A DNA stretch of 63,258 nt, counting the filler, from Neolecta irregularis DAH-3 (lineage: Eukaryota), in assembly GCA_001929475.1 (NCBI GenBank). It is 11 parts of 11 records of this genome, joined end to end, with 100 filler letters (N's around TTAATTAATTAA, not from the genome) between each part and the next. Parts side by side here need not be neighbours in the genome. Positions count along the whole stretch, not along the records: positions 58,688 to 63,258 come from LXFE01002378.1; 10 more parts are not named here. One strand, 5' to 3'. Position 1 is the stretch's first letter, and each line of letters starts with the position of its first letter. The notes under the pieces are model-generated. The model saw nothing but the letters and a program-made list of their open reading frames with translations, had not been told where the DNA came from and did no database searches. The position numbers and the translations under genes were made by a program. Below, in pieces: positions 62,590 through 63,258 of the stretch.

Positions 62590-63258
62590 ACAGTACATCT
62601 CTGAATCTGGGGTGAGTTTCTACTAACCTTTTATATCTCTGAGGATTTTAAGATGTGTAGATGATGCTTCCGAGGCAGCTCTATTCGATTACGTTTTCTT
62701 TTGTAGAAAGATCTTCTTTTGGTATCACAGTGATTTTCACACACTATGATTTGTTCACATTTCCAGTCCCCTTTTTTACTTGTGCAGCCACTTTTGTAGC
62801 CTGAATTTCATGAAATTCAGAAAACAGGTCTGGACCTGTTCTTTGAATGTTTTTTTGAAAATGCAAGTACACTGTACACATCATCACTATTCACCTTGAA
62901 ACCCCAATTCATCTCAACAACACTTGAAGTTGAAAAACTGGTAGATAAAGCAGTCAACAAATTGCTGATTGAAAATTCGGTACTAATAGTGGCTGTTTCA
63001 GGAATTTTCCCTGCTCTTGCCTCATCAAGCAAGGCCCTCAACAATGCTTGCTCCTGAGCTGTGTTCTAATTTTCTCAACTCATTTTGGTTGGTTGAATTG
63101 TGGCTGTAATTGTCATAGAGATGGCAGTGATATTTTGAAAAATTTGGTAGGGGACTGCAAAACGTGTTTATTGGGATTAATACCCAAAGAAATTTCATAT
63201 TTCACGTTTTTCAATTTCATGGTACTGCAAAACGCGCCCTAAGTTACCCCAGATTAAG

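Noticed and set aside
62817-63200. Possible LINE ORF1 or transposon ORF
   Set aside because: Broken frame with no diagnostic motif

Overview
Eukaryotic, fungal (ascomycete) genomic DNA. It is a concatenation of 11 contigs joined by artificial N-TTAATTAATTAA-N linkers, so adjacency across linkers is not real synteny. The first ~45 kb is very compact, intron-rich core genome with very short introns (about 34-50 nt). It carries an Ato/Ady2-family transporter, MTHFR, CHIP, ARG2, PSF2, an FlbA/Sst2 RGS protein, ORC4, a PNPOx-like gene, CSN4, TFG2, POP1, CTU2, SMD3, IRC6, a G-patch protein, an SDR, ZRG17, a probable Ku70 3' end, an Acinus-like gene, ETF-beta and CPA1. The last ~18 kb is small repeat-rich contigs: a BTB gene, an ABCB transporter fragment, HPT1, tRNA-Cys, secreted and Ser/Thr-rich proteins, a gag-only LTR relic and an HxxxDG acyltransferase. 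Gene content and compactness suggest a Taphrinomycotina-like genome such as Neolecta (inference only). Best leads: (1) an intron-split 24-aa arginine attenuator uORF before CPA1 with Phe in place of the normally invariant Trp; (2) an apparent GT-GG intron in TFG2 plus GC-AG introns; (3) an intronless, GC3-rich ZRC1/COT1 pseudogene fragment just upstream of CTU2; (4) a dispersed repeat with a covarying hairpin; (5) an ORC4 with a long basic tail lacking canonical AT-hooks. Exon joins were made by eye and coordinates may be a few nt off.
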